Source: Ginglymostoma cirratum (lineage: Eukaryota). From it: a DNA stretch of 63,896 nucleotides. Both the position numbers and the translations under genes were made by a program. The DNA is taken from the NCBI GenBank assembly GCA_024137785.1, contig JAHRHZ010000111.1, positions 16,441,341-16,505,236 on the forward strand. The letters are read 5' to 3'. Positions 36,360 to 48,649 of this stretch are shown one piece after another. How positions within the stretch are numbered: the stretch's first letter is position 1; each line of letters begins with the position of its first letter. The notes below the pieces were generated by a model, which did no database searches, was not told the origin of the DNA, and saw only the letters and a program-made list of their open reading frames with translations.

Positions 36360-37052
36360 GTCAAAAATCACATGGCACCAGGTTATGCAGTCCAACAGGA
36401 TTATTTGAACACCCAAGCTTTCAGAGCCTTGCTCCTTCCTCAGATATAATAAGAGAGGAAGTGCCATGATACCGAATTTATAAGTAAAAGATCAAAGGAT
36501 TATACAACTGATGCGAGTGTATTTAATAACCCTAAATTGGCTGCTGACTCTCTCCTGTTAAATCCTCAATCAGTTAAAAAGGAGATGCAGATTTCGAATG
36601 AATAATATGCAACCCTCTGAATAGCTTTCAAATTGATATCCCGAGATAACTAAAGGTTTTAACAATAAATCCAGGAGGTGACATCTCAGGTCAGACAATG
36701 CCTTTTAGTGTGAGGCCTTGTTTAGAAACCGTTTGTGTTTTAATGTGGAGTCAGGTTGGTTTTATTTCCATAGCAGGAATTTAGAAAATGCCCCAATGAC
36801 TGAATGTGTCCACAAATTGTGTGCTTTTTGAACAAAATAGTGTATCTGCAAATACAAATCTACAAATGCAAATNNNNNNNNNNNNNNNNNNNNNNNNNNN
36901 NNNNNNNNNNNNNNNNNNNNNNNNNNNNNNNNNNNNNNNNNNNNNNNNNNNNNNNNNNNNNNNNNNNNNNNNNNNNNNNNNNNNNNNNNNNNNNNNNNNN
37001 NNNNNNNNNNNNNNNNNNNCAAACCAGTCCAACACCGGCACCTCCACATCAT
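36360..37052 (+). mobile_element. Family-3 PLE insertion with inverted ends, spanning a gap
   Basis: The left arm is homologous to 31092-31178. The right tail ccagtccaacaccggcacctccacatcat is the reverse complement of 31057-31085. The TSD is gaaaattgcagaag (36346-36359) / gaagattgcagaag (37053-37066). Confidence 0.85.
36874..37019. other. Assembly gap (146 N)
   Basis: Run of N. Confidence 1.
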
Positions 37053-37486
37053 GAAGATTGCAGAAGCTTTGTCTCATTCTTCTATTCCTCCTTCGGAAGT
37101 GGAGAATTGTAAAGGTAATGACTGCGTTCAAAATGGAGGATATTGATAAACACAGTAATCAGTCAGCTTAACCCTGGAGATGGAAATCAATAATTCAGAA
37201 CAAAATTAACAAGTGTGGTTTGATTGAAGAAAACCAGCATAAATTTGTTAAAGGCAAATTATATTGAACAAATACTTTAGTTTTTTGATGAGTTAACACA
37301 GAGCATTGAGGAACATAACGTGGCTGGTGTGGTAAACAGGGAATTCTTCAAGGCATTTGAAGTGTTCCATAACACCCTTGACAGCAAAGCTGAAGACCAT
37401 ATCAAAGGGGCAATGACAACATGGATATAAAGCTGGTTTCCTGTCAAGGAAGAGGGTGGTTGCAAACAGTGGTTTATGGAACAGTC

Positions 37487-37590
37487 CTGAAGAAGAGTCA
37501 CTGGATGCAAAACGTTAACTCTGATTTCTCTCCACAGATGCTGCCAGAGCTGCTGACATTTTCCAGCAATTTCTGTTTTTGTTTCTGAAT
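37487..37590 (+). mobile_element. Single-arm PLE terminal repeat (family 2)
   Basis: Starts exactly at CTGAAGAagagtcactggatgcaaaacgttaactctg. Confidence 0.85.
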
Positions 37591-39157
37591 TAAGTAGACT
37601 TTGGTGTGCAATTTCAAAATTTGCAGGTGACACAAAACCTGGAAGTCTTGTAACTGTGACAAGGATAGTGACTGACTTCAAGAGGATGTAGCTGACTGAT
37701 AGACTGTGGGGACACTGGCAGATGAAATTGAATGCAGATAGGAGTGAAGTATTGCAATTTGGTCGGACAAATAGGAAAGACAATCCAAAACAAAGGTTAC
37801 AATTCTAAAGGGGCAGTTCAGGAATAGAGAGCAGTGCATATATGTGCACAAACTATTGAAGGTGACAGAGCAGTGTGAAAGTGGCTATTGACTCATGGGG
37901 ATAAATGCATTGACTTCAAATGTGTGGAAGTTATGGTGAAACTTTATATTGAGTAGAGTTAGGTTTATTGTCACATGTATTCACATGAGTGTAGTGAAAA
38001 GGTTATAATGTCACCACTTTATAATTCATAAGCAAATGATGGCATGGAAACAGGTGAATAAAAAGAAAGAAAGCCTCAAAAAACCTGCAAAACAAAGTTA
38101 GGCATGTTTTTATTATACCAAATTATGGATGGCAAAAAGAATTGCACTAATTTCGATAATATTACCATAGTTTGCAAAATCGATATGATATTACTTCACA
38201 TTTTAAGCAAAAGGTTTTTATGCCGAAGTTGGAAGATCAGATGGTTCATGAAATGGGTGGAGATCTAACTTCTGAGTCCTTTCGTTTCTTCATGTTAAAG
38301 TAATCGTAACAAGAAGATCAGCATTCCAATCTTAGTCAATCATAGCAATCTGAATTTCCTAAGGCAAAGACTTACATTATAATTTATTTGCATTCTGGCA
38401 GTAATGTCACAGAACAGCGTTTGATGTGAAAGTCTAATTAATCTAACATATCCATTTCGCAAATATATTCATTGGCAATAACATATATGTGTAATGAGAT
38501 ATGCAGAGTCGATATTCTTTGATTACAACAAACTTAGTTACATGCATTAAAATAATTGAGTTTTGAAAGGAATTCTCAACCCACTGACCAACACTTTTTT
38601 TTGGCTTTGGATAAATTGTGAGTGGTTATCCACATCACGTTAGTTCAACTAGAGTCAAGTGTATCAAGACCTGGGCTGTTTATGATTAATAAATTCAATC
38701 AGCCTTGCTATGACTTAGGAATTACAGTCTGTTTTAAATTAATAGGAATCATTTTTGTTGATGGCAGGGTGCTGAAACCTAAATGAAAATATCCTATCCA
38801 ATCCATGTGGAAGAATTGTCCTCATTACTTGGTATTAGCATTTTTGCCCCAGCACAGATAGCACCTTCACAGTATTAACTGGACTTTTAAATAGGCTCCA
38901 TTCAGCTGAGAGAACCAGATGGTGCAATGGTTGTGATTATAGTCCGATCAATCCTCTTTCTAAGTCCCTATAGGTCTCATTGTGCCAGTCAATGAGTTGG
39001 AGGTAGGGCAGGATTTACATTTTTTGAGCTGGCCTAAAAATCATTTTTTCTCTTGCATTTGTGAACACTTGCAAACTTATTCCCAGCCAATTACATGATA
39101 AATTCAGTGTGATGAGAAATAGTTTTGCTTTCACACCGATGCTAAACTTGTGGACTT

Positions 39158-40292
39158 TGTTCTGATCCTAGCTGATGTTGTTACTGGACAAGTGAAATCC
39201 CAGACTGAAACCTCGCTTCATGGATCATATTTCGTTTCGTTTTGGATTTAACAAAGTGGTCTCTGACTGAAACATAAATGCTGCAGGTTTTGTTTTAAAC
39301 AGTAGAACGGATGTTCATTAACAAAGAAATGAAGCTAAGATGGGATAAACCAAACTATTCACTTATAATGCTAGTCAAAGATTTTTAGGCACGCAGTAAA
39401 AATATAATCCCATTAAACCCCAACACTCCTTTACAGAAAAACACCTTTTGTACACTACTTAAAATACACCTTGCATAATACCCCAAAACGCCACTTATAC
39501 AGTAAGTGTGGATGCTGCAAATCTGAAACAAAAATCACTGGAGAAAGTCAGCAGATCTGGCAGCATCTGTGGAGAGAAAACAGAATTAATGTTTTGAATC
39601 CAGTAACTCTTTTCGAAACCACTTGTACAGAATCACCATCGTCCCTGTCTCACTAACACCTAAATAGGTTTCATTCCCTTGAGATTTTAACCTATAGCCT
39701 GGAATTGAAGATAGTTTCTTCCTAGAGCTATCAGACACCTGAGCTTAAACTTGCTCCGTTTAAAGTAGCCTCTTCAAGATTTTATTCCAACACTTCCAGT
39801 GTGAGACCAAGATGAACTCTATACTCAACAGTAATCCAGTTTCACTATCTCAAAGAACAAAGAACAATACAGCACAGGAAGAGGCCCCTCAGCCCTCCAA
39901 GTCTGCATTGACCCTTCTCAAAAGCACTTGTCTAGATAACCATCTTTATCCAATAACTTCATAGGTCTTAAAGGAAATCTAAAAAAAAATTCCCTAAGCC
40001 ATGGTTGTTAAAAAAGACTCAGAAAACTCTAACAAAACTGTGAGACCCCATTATTTATCCTGCTGGGCCACAAAACAGCATGACATAAACAAAACAAAAA
40101 ATTCTAAAGCTATACCTCAAAAACCATTTTAAAGGAAATCACCATGGCTATGGGAATACTCACATGTTAATTATTAACTTTTAGACACATAAAAAACTTA
40201 CATTACTAATTGAAAAAACAAAAACAAGCCTACAATAAATTATATTAAAAATATATATAAATCATACAGTGTACACTACCATTACAATAACA
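39158..40292 (-). mobile_element. Probable LTR, same family as the one ending at 17289 (far boundary uncertain)
   Basis: Begins TGttctgatcctagctgatgttgttactggacaagt, the reverse complement of the 17250-17289 end. A candidate taaCA end lies at 40292. Confidence 0.45.
39503..39618 (-). mobile_element. Single-arm PLE terminal repeat (family 2) with a TSD
   Basis: Flanked by ccacttatacag (39491-39502) and ccacttgtacag (39619-39630). Confidence 0.8.
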
Positions 40293-41274
40293 CACTGGAC
40301 TAGAAAAATTAAATTCTTGCTGTGAAGGCAAAAAGTCCAATTTTTGATCCAAGTTTTGAAATGCTCGAAGGTAATTGCACTGGCAAGGAGCCATATTGCC
40401 CACATTTACATCTCATTATTATCTATTTTTAGCTCATTTATGTGCAACTTGATATTCTTCCATGTGGTGGAGCGAAATTAGACAATAAGAATTCCCGATA
40501 TGGAAATATGGAAAAAATATATCCCAACTCGACCTTGTTGCTTGCCTCCATTTTAGCCAGTAGTTCCCAAAATCCCACCTCATCCACTGAGGTTGGTAGC
40601 TGACAGATACCAGGCTCACCACATTAACATGGCACAATTCCTGCTGACTTAGAGTACAGTTCTCCACTTCAATACTGTACTTTGGAGCTAACTTACACCT
40701 TTCGTTGTAATGCTTCTGTCAGGCACTCTGCACACAGGGACAGGATCCCATCTCATGGACTGCAGTAGGATACCTCTCAGGGCTCTTACCTTGTTCTCGT
40801 AGTGTTTACTTACGCTGTATCCTGTTTGGATGCTCACAGCATTTTGTGCATTGTCATTTCATTCAGAGCCTACAGACCCCGATTACTTCTGTCTTGCCCT
40901 GCTTCTTCTTAGTGCAGACAGAAAGCCGGGCAGCTAGCCATGTTTGTCAGTAGTAATCAGTCAAGTGGGTGGACATGTTGCTTTATGGCACTGTACTATG
41001 TCAATTTCATATCGGCAGCATGTGCCAGCAGCTTTTGTGGCAAACACATTGCATGTATATGAACCAAATAGCCATGTCTGAAAGTCTAAGGGGAGTAGTC
41101 CTTTGTCAAGTGAAGGGGACTGGCACAAAGATTCAGGGACATCATCTGATATCAGTCCAGAGACCAGGACACAGTCAGTCAGCAATTAGAGCAGTCAGGG
41201 TCAGGGTCCCATATCGATACAGTCTGGGCCACAGTCAGACCAGCAGGTCCAGCATAGTCAGGCAGGAGATTAGG

Positions 41275-41561
41275 GTTTGCACAGTGATTAACACTGCTGT
41301 CTCACAGTGCTGGGTACCTGGGTACCTGGGTTCGATTCCAGCATTGGGTGACTGTCTGTATGAACTTTGCACATTCTCCCTGTGTCTGCATGGGTTACTA
41401 CCGGTTGCTCTGACTTCCTTTCACAGTCCAGAAGATGTGCAGATTAGCCATGATAAATGCAGGGTTATGGGGATAGGGTAGGGGTGTGGGTGGAATGCAC
41501 TTAAGATCGTTGGTGCAGACTTGATGGGCCTGAAAGGCCTCTTCCTGAAGGATTCTATGAT
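41275..41561 (+). mobile_element. HE1-type V-SINE
   Basis: B box gggttcgattcc, V domain, and tail gggcctgaaaggcct...ggattctatga. Confidence 0.85.
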
Positions 41562-42198
41562 GAGAAGTAAGGCAATTGGGAGCTGCGCATGGATGGGCCA
41601 GGGGTTTGGTCACCCATGGTTTGAGGCTGTCATTCCAAGCTATTCATGGGGGAATGGCCACCGTTAATCTTTATGCCACACTGGGCTTTAGCGGAAGAGT
41701 AATGCAGCCTTTCAAAATATGTGGCACTAAGGATGGGTAGCCTATGGAGCTTGATTCTTGTGGCTGCAATTACTATGAGAGTTGAAATAGACAGGTGATG
41801 GTGCAAAATGTTTATACGCTTACTAATATGAACTTTCTTTCCAATTAGGTGTCTACTGTACCACTTATATGGCTGCAGAGGCTGTTTTTTTAACTTGCTT
41901 TCCTCCCACAATCTGTACTGTGTATAGGCTATTCCTGGCTGGCAGCGTTTGAACTAGCATAGCTGGGGGTGATTACATATGGCAGTGGTGACAGGGACCC
42001 TGCCAGTGACAAGTACCACCTCTACTGGTGAATGCAAGATGGCACCAAGGTGGTGTTGTAGAGGGTTGGTACCAATATAATGCACAGAACAATGGAGAAC
42101 TGCACGAGATAACTCACTAGAGCTCATGGAGAGAAAACTGACTTTTCAATCGGCATCTTACTCTTGCAGTTTGACAGATGAATTAAAATGGCAAAGCT

Positions 42199-42658
42199 AG
42201 CATGCAACAAAGAGCCGCGAAGCTGAAGATCTGAAACAAAAACAGAAATTGCTGGAGAAAGTCCGTAGGTCTGGCAGCATTTGTAGAGGGAAAGCAGGGT
42301 TAACGAGTCCAGTGATCCTTCTTCAGAACTTATCCAATACAGGCAAAAGGCTATATTTATGCTGACGACAGGCCCTGTCATGACATGGGCTGCTTTCAGC
42401 AGAGCCAACCCATTTTCATCAGCTTTTCTCCTTCCCTGGCTTATTATTAACCATCCCTTTGTCTGCTAAATTTGCTTTCTGTCTCTGAACTCCATCTCCA
42501 TCTGTATGTTCATTCCTCCCCTGCGTCTCTCCCTCACCCCCGTCATCAGTAAAAATGTGCTAATTACTATCAGTTCGGAGGAAGGGTCACTGGACTTGAA
42601 TTGTTAACTTTGTTTTCTCTGCATAGACACTGATTTTCTCCAGTAATTCTGCTTTTGT
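42199..42658 (-). mobile_element. PLE family-2 insertion with inverted terminal repeats and a short 3'-UTR-derived interior
   Basis: Arms lie at about 42230-42330 and 42570-42660. The TSD is ttaaaatggcaaagct (42183-42198) / ttaaaatgacaaagct (42659-42674). Confidence 0.82.
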
Positions 42659-43699
42659 TTAAAATGACAAAGCTCCTTACATGGCCCCAGGCATGATTTA
42701 ACCAGGTTTATACGTCAATCTGTGGGGAATTTTACAGGGAAGGAGGAAAGCTGGTGTTCCCTTGCCCCCACCCCTGGTGAGCTGGTGCTTTGCAGTCCTT
42801 TTTTTATACAACCTGTTGTCCTTCTGCAATCGAATGCTGCAAGGAGGGGTATCTGCTTCTCAGGGGGAGGAAGACCTGACAGCCGATCTGACTGGCTAGA
42901 AAAAATGGTGATATTGTTCCAAGTCTGGATGGTGTGTGTCTTGGAGGGGAAATTGCAGCTGGTGTTGCCATGCATCTTGCTACTTTTGTCCTTCGAATTG
43001 GTGGAGGTCATGGGTTTGGATGGTATTGGTGAGTTTCTAATGGTGGCATTACCCTTTACCCTTTGCCTTCAAATGCACCATTGGGGGAAATAGAGAAACA
43101 TAGACTTCACTCCTTAGTTGGTGATAATGGCAACACAAGTAGCACTACCTCTTTACCAGAGGTGGAATGGCCGTTCCCTGTTGTAGAGCTGTTCAATTTG
43201 CATCAAACCAAGCAATCAACGTGGTGACCTAATTGGACAATGGTGGTAAATTGTGAGGCAAAGTGCAGGACTTTGCATGACATTGCATAACAATGTATGA
43301 GAAACTTGTATCTGCCAGACAGTAACAATATAATTCTAGATAACAAGGTGTGGAGCTGGATGTAAGTACAGTAAACTTACTGGTGCCCACCACCCAAAAC
43401 GGGCTTCCCCCACCTCCCAAATCCCCAGCCGTACCCACGACCTCCCCCACAATGTACCCGCCACCATTGGCCATGAGGCCACTGTCAGAGAACCCACAGA
43501 TGATGTCACATCCGCCACCACCGGATACGCCACTTCCGGGACAGCAAACGCCATCGCTGCTAAAGCCACCGCCTCCATCTCCAAGACCAATACCACAGAC
43601 TCTACCGTCACCGCTGGTGCCACCGCCTACCCCGCTCTGCCCACCGCCGACGCCACTCCACCCATCACGGACGCGGGCGCAACTCCGCCCACTGGCGAT

Positions 43700-45950
43700 G
43701 CAACCCCGCCCATTGCCGACGCCGACGCAATTCCGCCCACAGCCGACGCTGACAACGCTCCGCCCACTGCCTCCACAGCCAGCAGCTCCAGAGGAGACAG
43801 CAACACTGAGCCCTGCCGAGACTTCACCATCCCCCCAGACCTCCCCCTTACTGAGGACGAACGGTCAGTCCTCAGTAAAGGGCTCACCTTTGTCCCCCTC
43901 CACCCACATATCAACAAATACCGCTCACGCTTGGACATTGAGCAGTTTTTCTGCCTCCTCCGCCTCCACGCTTATGTCTTCAACTGTGAACCTAACCCTC
44001 CCTCTTCTGACCCCTCCTCCCGCCTCCAATACAAGCCCTCCTCCTGGACACCACCCCAAGGCCTCCTACCCTCCCTTGACCTCTTCATCTCCAACTGCCG
44101 TCGAGACATCAATCGTCTCAACTTCTCTACCCCTCTCACCCACTCCAACCTCTCCTCCGCAGAACGTGCAGCCCTCCGCTCCAATCCCAACCTCACCATA
44201 AAACCCGCGAACAAGGGAGGCGCAGTTGTAGTATGGCGCACTGACCTCTACATCGCTGAGGCCAGGCGCCAACTCTCCAACACCTCCTCCTACCGCCCCC
44301 TTGATCATGACCCCACTCCCAAGCACCAAACCATCATCTCCCAAATCATCCACAAACTCATCACCTCAGGTGACCTCCCCCCCACCGCCTCCAACCTCAT
44401 CGTTCCCCAACCCCACTCTGCCCGCTTCTATCTCCTTCCCAAAATCTACCAACCTGAATGCCCTGGTCAACCCATTGTCTCCGTCTGCTCCTGCCCCACC
44501 GAACTCATCTCCACCTATCTCGACTCCATTTTCACCCCCTTGGTCCAGGAACTCCCTACCTACGTCCGTGATACCACCCACACCCTCCACCTCCTCCAGA
44601 ACTTCCAATTCCCCGGTCCCCAACACCTCATTTTTACTATGGACGTCCAGTCCCTATACACCTGTATTCCCCATGCAGATGGCCTAAAGGCCCTCCGCTT
44701 CTTCCTGTCCCACAGACCTGACCAATCCCCCTCCACTGACACCCTCATCCGCTTAGCCGAACTCGTCCTCATCCTCAACAACTTCTCTTTCAATTCCTCC
44801 CACTTCCTATAGACAAAGGGGACAGCCATGGGTACCTGCATGGGCCCAAGCTATGCCTGCCTCTTTGTAGGTTATGTGGAACAATCCCTCTTCCGTACCT
44901 ACACTGGCCCTAAACCCCACCTCTTCGTCCATTACATTGATGACTGTATTGGCGCCGCCTCGTGCTCCCACAAGGCGCTCGAACAGTTCATCCACTTCAC
45001 CAACACCTTCCACCCCAACCTAAAGTTCACCTGGACCATCTCCAACACATCTCTCTCCTCCCTGGACCTCTCTGTCTCCATCTCGCGTAATCACCTAGAA
45101 ACCGATATCCATTTCAAGCCCACCGACTCCCACAGCTACCTGGAGTACACCTCCTCCCTCCTTCAAAAATGCCATCTCCTATTCCCAATTCCTTCGCCTC
45201 TGCCGCATCTGCTCCCATTCTTCAAGGACCGCAACCTCCCCGCTGCAGTGGTCGAGAACACCCTCGACCGTGTCTCCCACATTTCCCGCAGCTCAACCCT
45301 CACACCCCGTCCCCGCAATAGCAACCAAAAAAGAATCCCCCTTGTCCTCACGTACCACCCCACCAACCTCTGCATCCAACGCATCATCCTCCGACACTTC
45401 TGCCACCTGCAATCCGACCCCACCACCAAAGACATTTTTCCCTCCCCACCCTTGTCTGCTTTCCGGAGGGACCACTCTCTCCGCGACTCCCTTGTCCGCT
45501 CCATACTCCCCTCCAGCCCCACCACACCTGGCACTTTTCCCTGCAACTGCAGGAAGTGCTACACCTGCCCCCACACCTCCCCCTCACCCCCATCCCAGGC
45601 CCCAAGAAGACTTTCCACATCAAGCAGATGTTCACCTTCACATCTGCCAATGTGGTATACTGCATCCGCTGTACCTGTTGTGGCCTCCTCTACATCGGGG
45701 AAACCAAACGGAGGCTTGGGGATCGCTTTGCAGAACACCTACGCTCAGTTCGCAACAAACAACTGCACCTCCCAGTCACAAACCATTTCAACTCCCCCTC
45801 CCATTCCTCAGACGACATGTCCATCCTGGGCCTTCTGCAGTGCCACAATGATGCCACCTGAAAGCTGCAGGAACAGCAACTCATATTCAGCCTGGGAACC
45901 CTGCAGCCCAATGGTATCAATGTGGATTTCACAAGCTTCAAAATCTCCCC
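43700..45950 (+). pseudogene. Disrupted PLE RT/GIY-YIG endonuclease polyprotein
   Basis: ORFs 43931-44812 and 44828 onward share a frame and are separated by one TAG (44810-44812). Indels lie near 45160, 45215 and 45580, and there is a TGA at 45859-45861 inside the endonuclease domain. Confidence 0.9.
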
Positions 45951-46267
45951 TCCCCATTCCGCATCCCAAAACCAACCCAGCTCGTCCCCACCTCCCTAAC
46001 CTGTTCTTCCTCTCACCTATCCCCTCCTCCCACCTCAAGCCCCACCCCCATCTCCTACCTACTAACCTCATCCCACCCCCTCGACCTGTCCGTCCTCCCT
46101 GGACTGACCTATCTCCTCCCTACCTCCCCACCTACACTCACCTTTATTGGCTCCATCCCCACCTCTTTGACTTGTCTGTCTCCTCTCCACCTATCCTCTC
46201 CTCTATCCATCTTCTATCCGCCTCCCCCTCTCTCCCTATTTACTTCAGAACCCTCTTCCCCTTCCCC

Positions 46268-46305
46268 ATTTCTGTTGAAGGGTCTCGGCCCGAAACGTTA
46301 ACCTT
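46268..46305 (+). ncRNA. Minimal type-I hammerhead ribozyme motif (core variant CTGTTGA)
   Basis: Reads ctgttga-a-gggt-ctcg-gccc-gaaa-cg-t-t. One core substitution relative to CUGANGA probably inactivates it. Confidence 0.65.
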
Positions 46306-47815
46306 TCCTGCTCCTATGATGCTGCTTGGCCTGCTGTGTTCATCCAGCTCCACACCTTGTTATCTCGGATCCTCCAGCATCTGCAGTACCTATTATCTCT
46401 GAAGCAATGTAATTCTACCCCTCATTTCATTAAGAGTTGATTAACTCTCAGGTACTGTGAGATGTTTGACTAATAAAGACAAATTGTTCAATCAACCTTT
46501 AACATTTTCATTAATGTACCCCAATTAATAGACTTCAGTTGTATTCCACTAATTTTTGTATGTGATCATTACTGTTTTTGTCCTTTGTTTAGATTGAATG
46601 CCTCTCACTATGTCAATACTCTCATACCTCTTTGTAGCAACCCTACGGAGTTACCATCTGCATTGCTTGTTCACGTTATCTCTGTAGATTTCAACAGATA
46701 CTTACAAGTACCTGACGACCTAAAAACCACAAAGCTCTGTCAATTGGGAATTCAGCTTCTTCTGAAAGTACTGATTAGGCAATCCTTACTGATGTCCAAA
46801 TTTTTATTTAAATCTCCCAAAGCGCAGAGATTTTACGTAAGATCAATGCAACAGCTCTTCCTACATGCACAGTGGGAGATCTTTCAAGCACAGTGTCATC
46901 AAAGTTAAGATTTTCTGCCTGGAGATTAATTGGAAAATGTATTTGGAGAGGAAAGTTGCAATTTTCATTTTCGGAGGTTCCATCTGTTGCAATTGAAATA
47001 TTCAGTAGGCATCGAAAATTGATATTCTGATCATTTTTTGTAATGCTTGAAATTTAAATTAGATATCTTTTGGTTGAATGACAGTAAGCAGACTTGAAGC
47101 ATTTCCCTCCTTCCTTTAAAACTTTGAAACGTTAATTCTTTCTTGGGTTTTCTTTTAAGAAGGGGAGATGGGTTAAACTAATTCATACTTATATTATTTT
47201 CTTAACGAAATACAACATTTCATAATTTCAAATATAGAAGTCCAAAGAAAAGACTTGAAATTTTGAATGCCATACATTTGAGCAGAATTTTTGTTCAAGA
47301 AGGCATGGTTTTCATTGGCTAAATTAGTGAATGCTAAAACAAAACCTTATCAGACATTAAGTCCATTCCCTTCATATTAAGTTTAAGCTTGAGCTTCATC
47401 AATGAAAGAATGCTGACAGTATTTTAAGTTATAATAAATGAGTGCGGGAAGTTTTACCACATACAAATATTTAAAGATAACACTATTGTTAGATTCAATC
47501 TGAATATTAATACAAATATAAATACTTGCTTTGAAATGGAATAGGATTAACCTTTGATAACAGCTTGAAATAAGAAATGATCTGAATTTAACTTATTTGA
47601 ACGTGCACCTAAAGGATGTCAGGGTCTGAGATTTATCCTGTTTTGAAGTGTTTCGGATATTGGTAGATATGTCCCCTTAACTGAATGATTGTTACGCACT
47701 CTTCTGATTTTAAAGAGGTTTGTAAGATCAAATCGTCACATTAACATTCTTCTTTGACAGTGCCTTCCAAACCCACAATCTCTCATACCCAGATTAAGAA
47801 CAAGGACTCCTCCTT

Positions 47816-48165
47816 GGGGGAGGCGATGGCCTAGTGGTATTATGGCTGGACTGTTAATCCAGAGAACAGACAACATTCTGGGGACCCAGGTTTGAATCCC
47901 ACCACTGCAGATGGTGGAATTTGAGTTCAATAAGCATCTGGAATCAAGAGTCTAACAATGACCGTGAATCCATTGCCGATTGTTGGGAGAAACTCATCTG
48001 GTTTGCTAATGTCCTTTAGGGAAGGAAACTGCCATCCTTACCTGTTCTGGCCTACATGTCACTTCAGAGCCACAGCAATGAGGTTGACTCTTAACTGCCC
48101 TCTTGGCAATTAGGGATGGGCAATAAATGCTGCTTGGCTAGCAACACCTTCATCCTGGGTGAGGA
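47816..48165 (+). mobile_element. tRNA-derived SINE with a family-B LINE tail (central domain recalled as SlmI/MetaSINE-like)
   Basis: A box tggcctagtgg, B box ggtttgaatccc, core taatgtcctttagggaaggaaa.tgccatccttacctg.tctggcctacatgt, and tail ggcaattagggatgggcaataaatgctg matching the 3' end of the LINE at 33013-33080. Confidence 0.88.
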
Positions 48166-48649
48166 AAAAGAAATAACGGAAAAAAATGCATTGACACATC
48201 ACAGCATGAACATTTCTCTCCAAATTACATATTGACCTGAGTTGGAAATACCATGGATCATGGCATGCAAGTCCACTTGGCATATAATTCTATCCTGTTT
48301 TTGGCACCAAAATGCATGTATAGGCCTTTCCTTGGCAGATGAACTGACTCCTCATTTTTCAACAATTAAATGCATACCTAGGGCTTTACTTGAGTTGGCA
48401 GTCAGCCTCATTTTTCAGCTCGGTAATAAATGTTTTGGTCATACTTACCTTAGACCCAGCCCATGGGTTCAAGCAGGTTGTATTGCCAAGAATTTATAAG
48501 AGTATAAGATAAGCCCAGAAAAAGCAGATCACCATGGCTGAACAGGTATGAATCCTGCATTTGTGACATTTGCCTGCTTGTCGTATAACAGTGTTGTAAT
48601 GAGGGAATTGGCTATTAGTGAATACCTGGTTTAAGAATGGAGGGGAAGA

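Larger units (their letters stand above)
35230..37950 (+). mobile_element. Long degraded CR1 LINE (endonuclease to RT) with nested PLE insertions
   Basis: IMGDFNCPDINW-like APE motif at about 35437-35473, NQHKFVKGK at about 37230, and SKFAGDTKPG at about 37615. Confidence 0.8.
43339..46403 (+). mobile_element. Long Neptune-type Penelope-like retrotransposon copy (family 1)
   Basis: RT motifs FTMDVQSLYTCIPH, GTAMGTCMGPSYACLF and YIDD are followed by a Cys linker CNCRKCYTC and GIY-YIG NVVYCIRCTCCGLLYIGETKRRLGDRFAEH. A hammerhead repeat lies at the 3' end, and a 24-bp inverted copy of the 3' repeat at the 5' end. The TSD is caatataattcta / caatgtaattcta. Confidence 0.97.

Noticed and set aside
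43350-44201. 283-aa Pro/Ser/Thr-rich ORF as a host mucin-like gene or PLE ORF1
   Set aside because: It is an alternative frame of the C-rich PLE strand, starts in the inverted repeat fragment and has no recognisable domain.
44828-46402. 524-aa ORF as a functional protein
   Set aside because: It drifts in and out of the true PLE frame at indels. The C-terminal half stays open because the strand is C-rich and stop-poor.
46585-46908. 107-aa ORF behind a pyrimidine-rich AG as a host exon
   Set aside because: No recognisable protein and no convincing splice donor.
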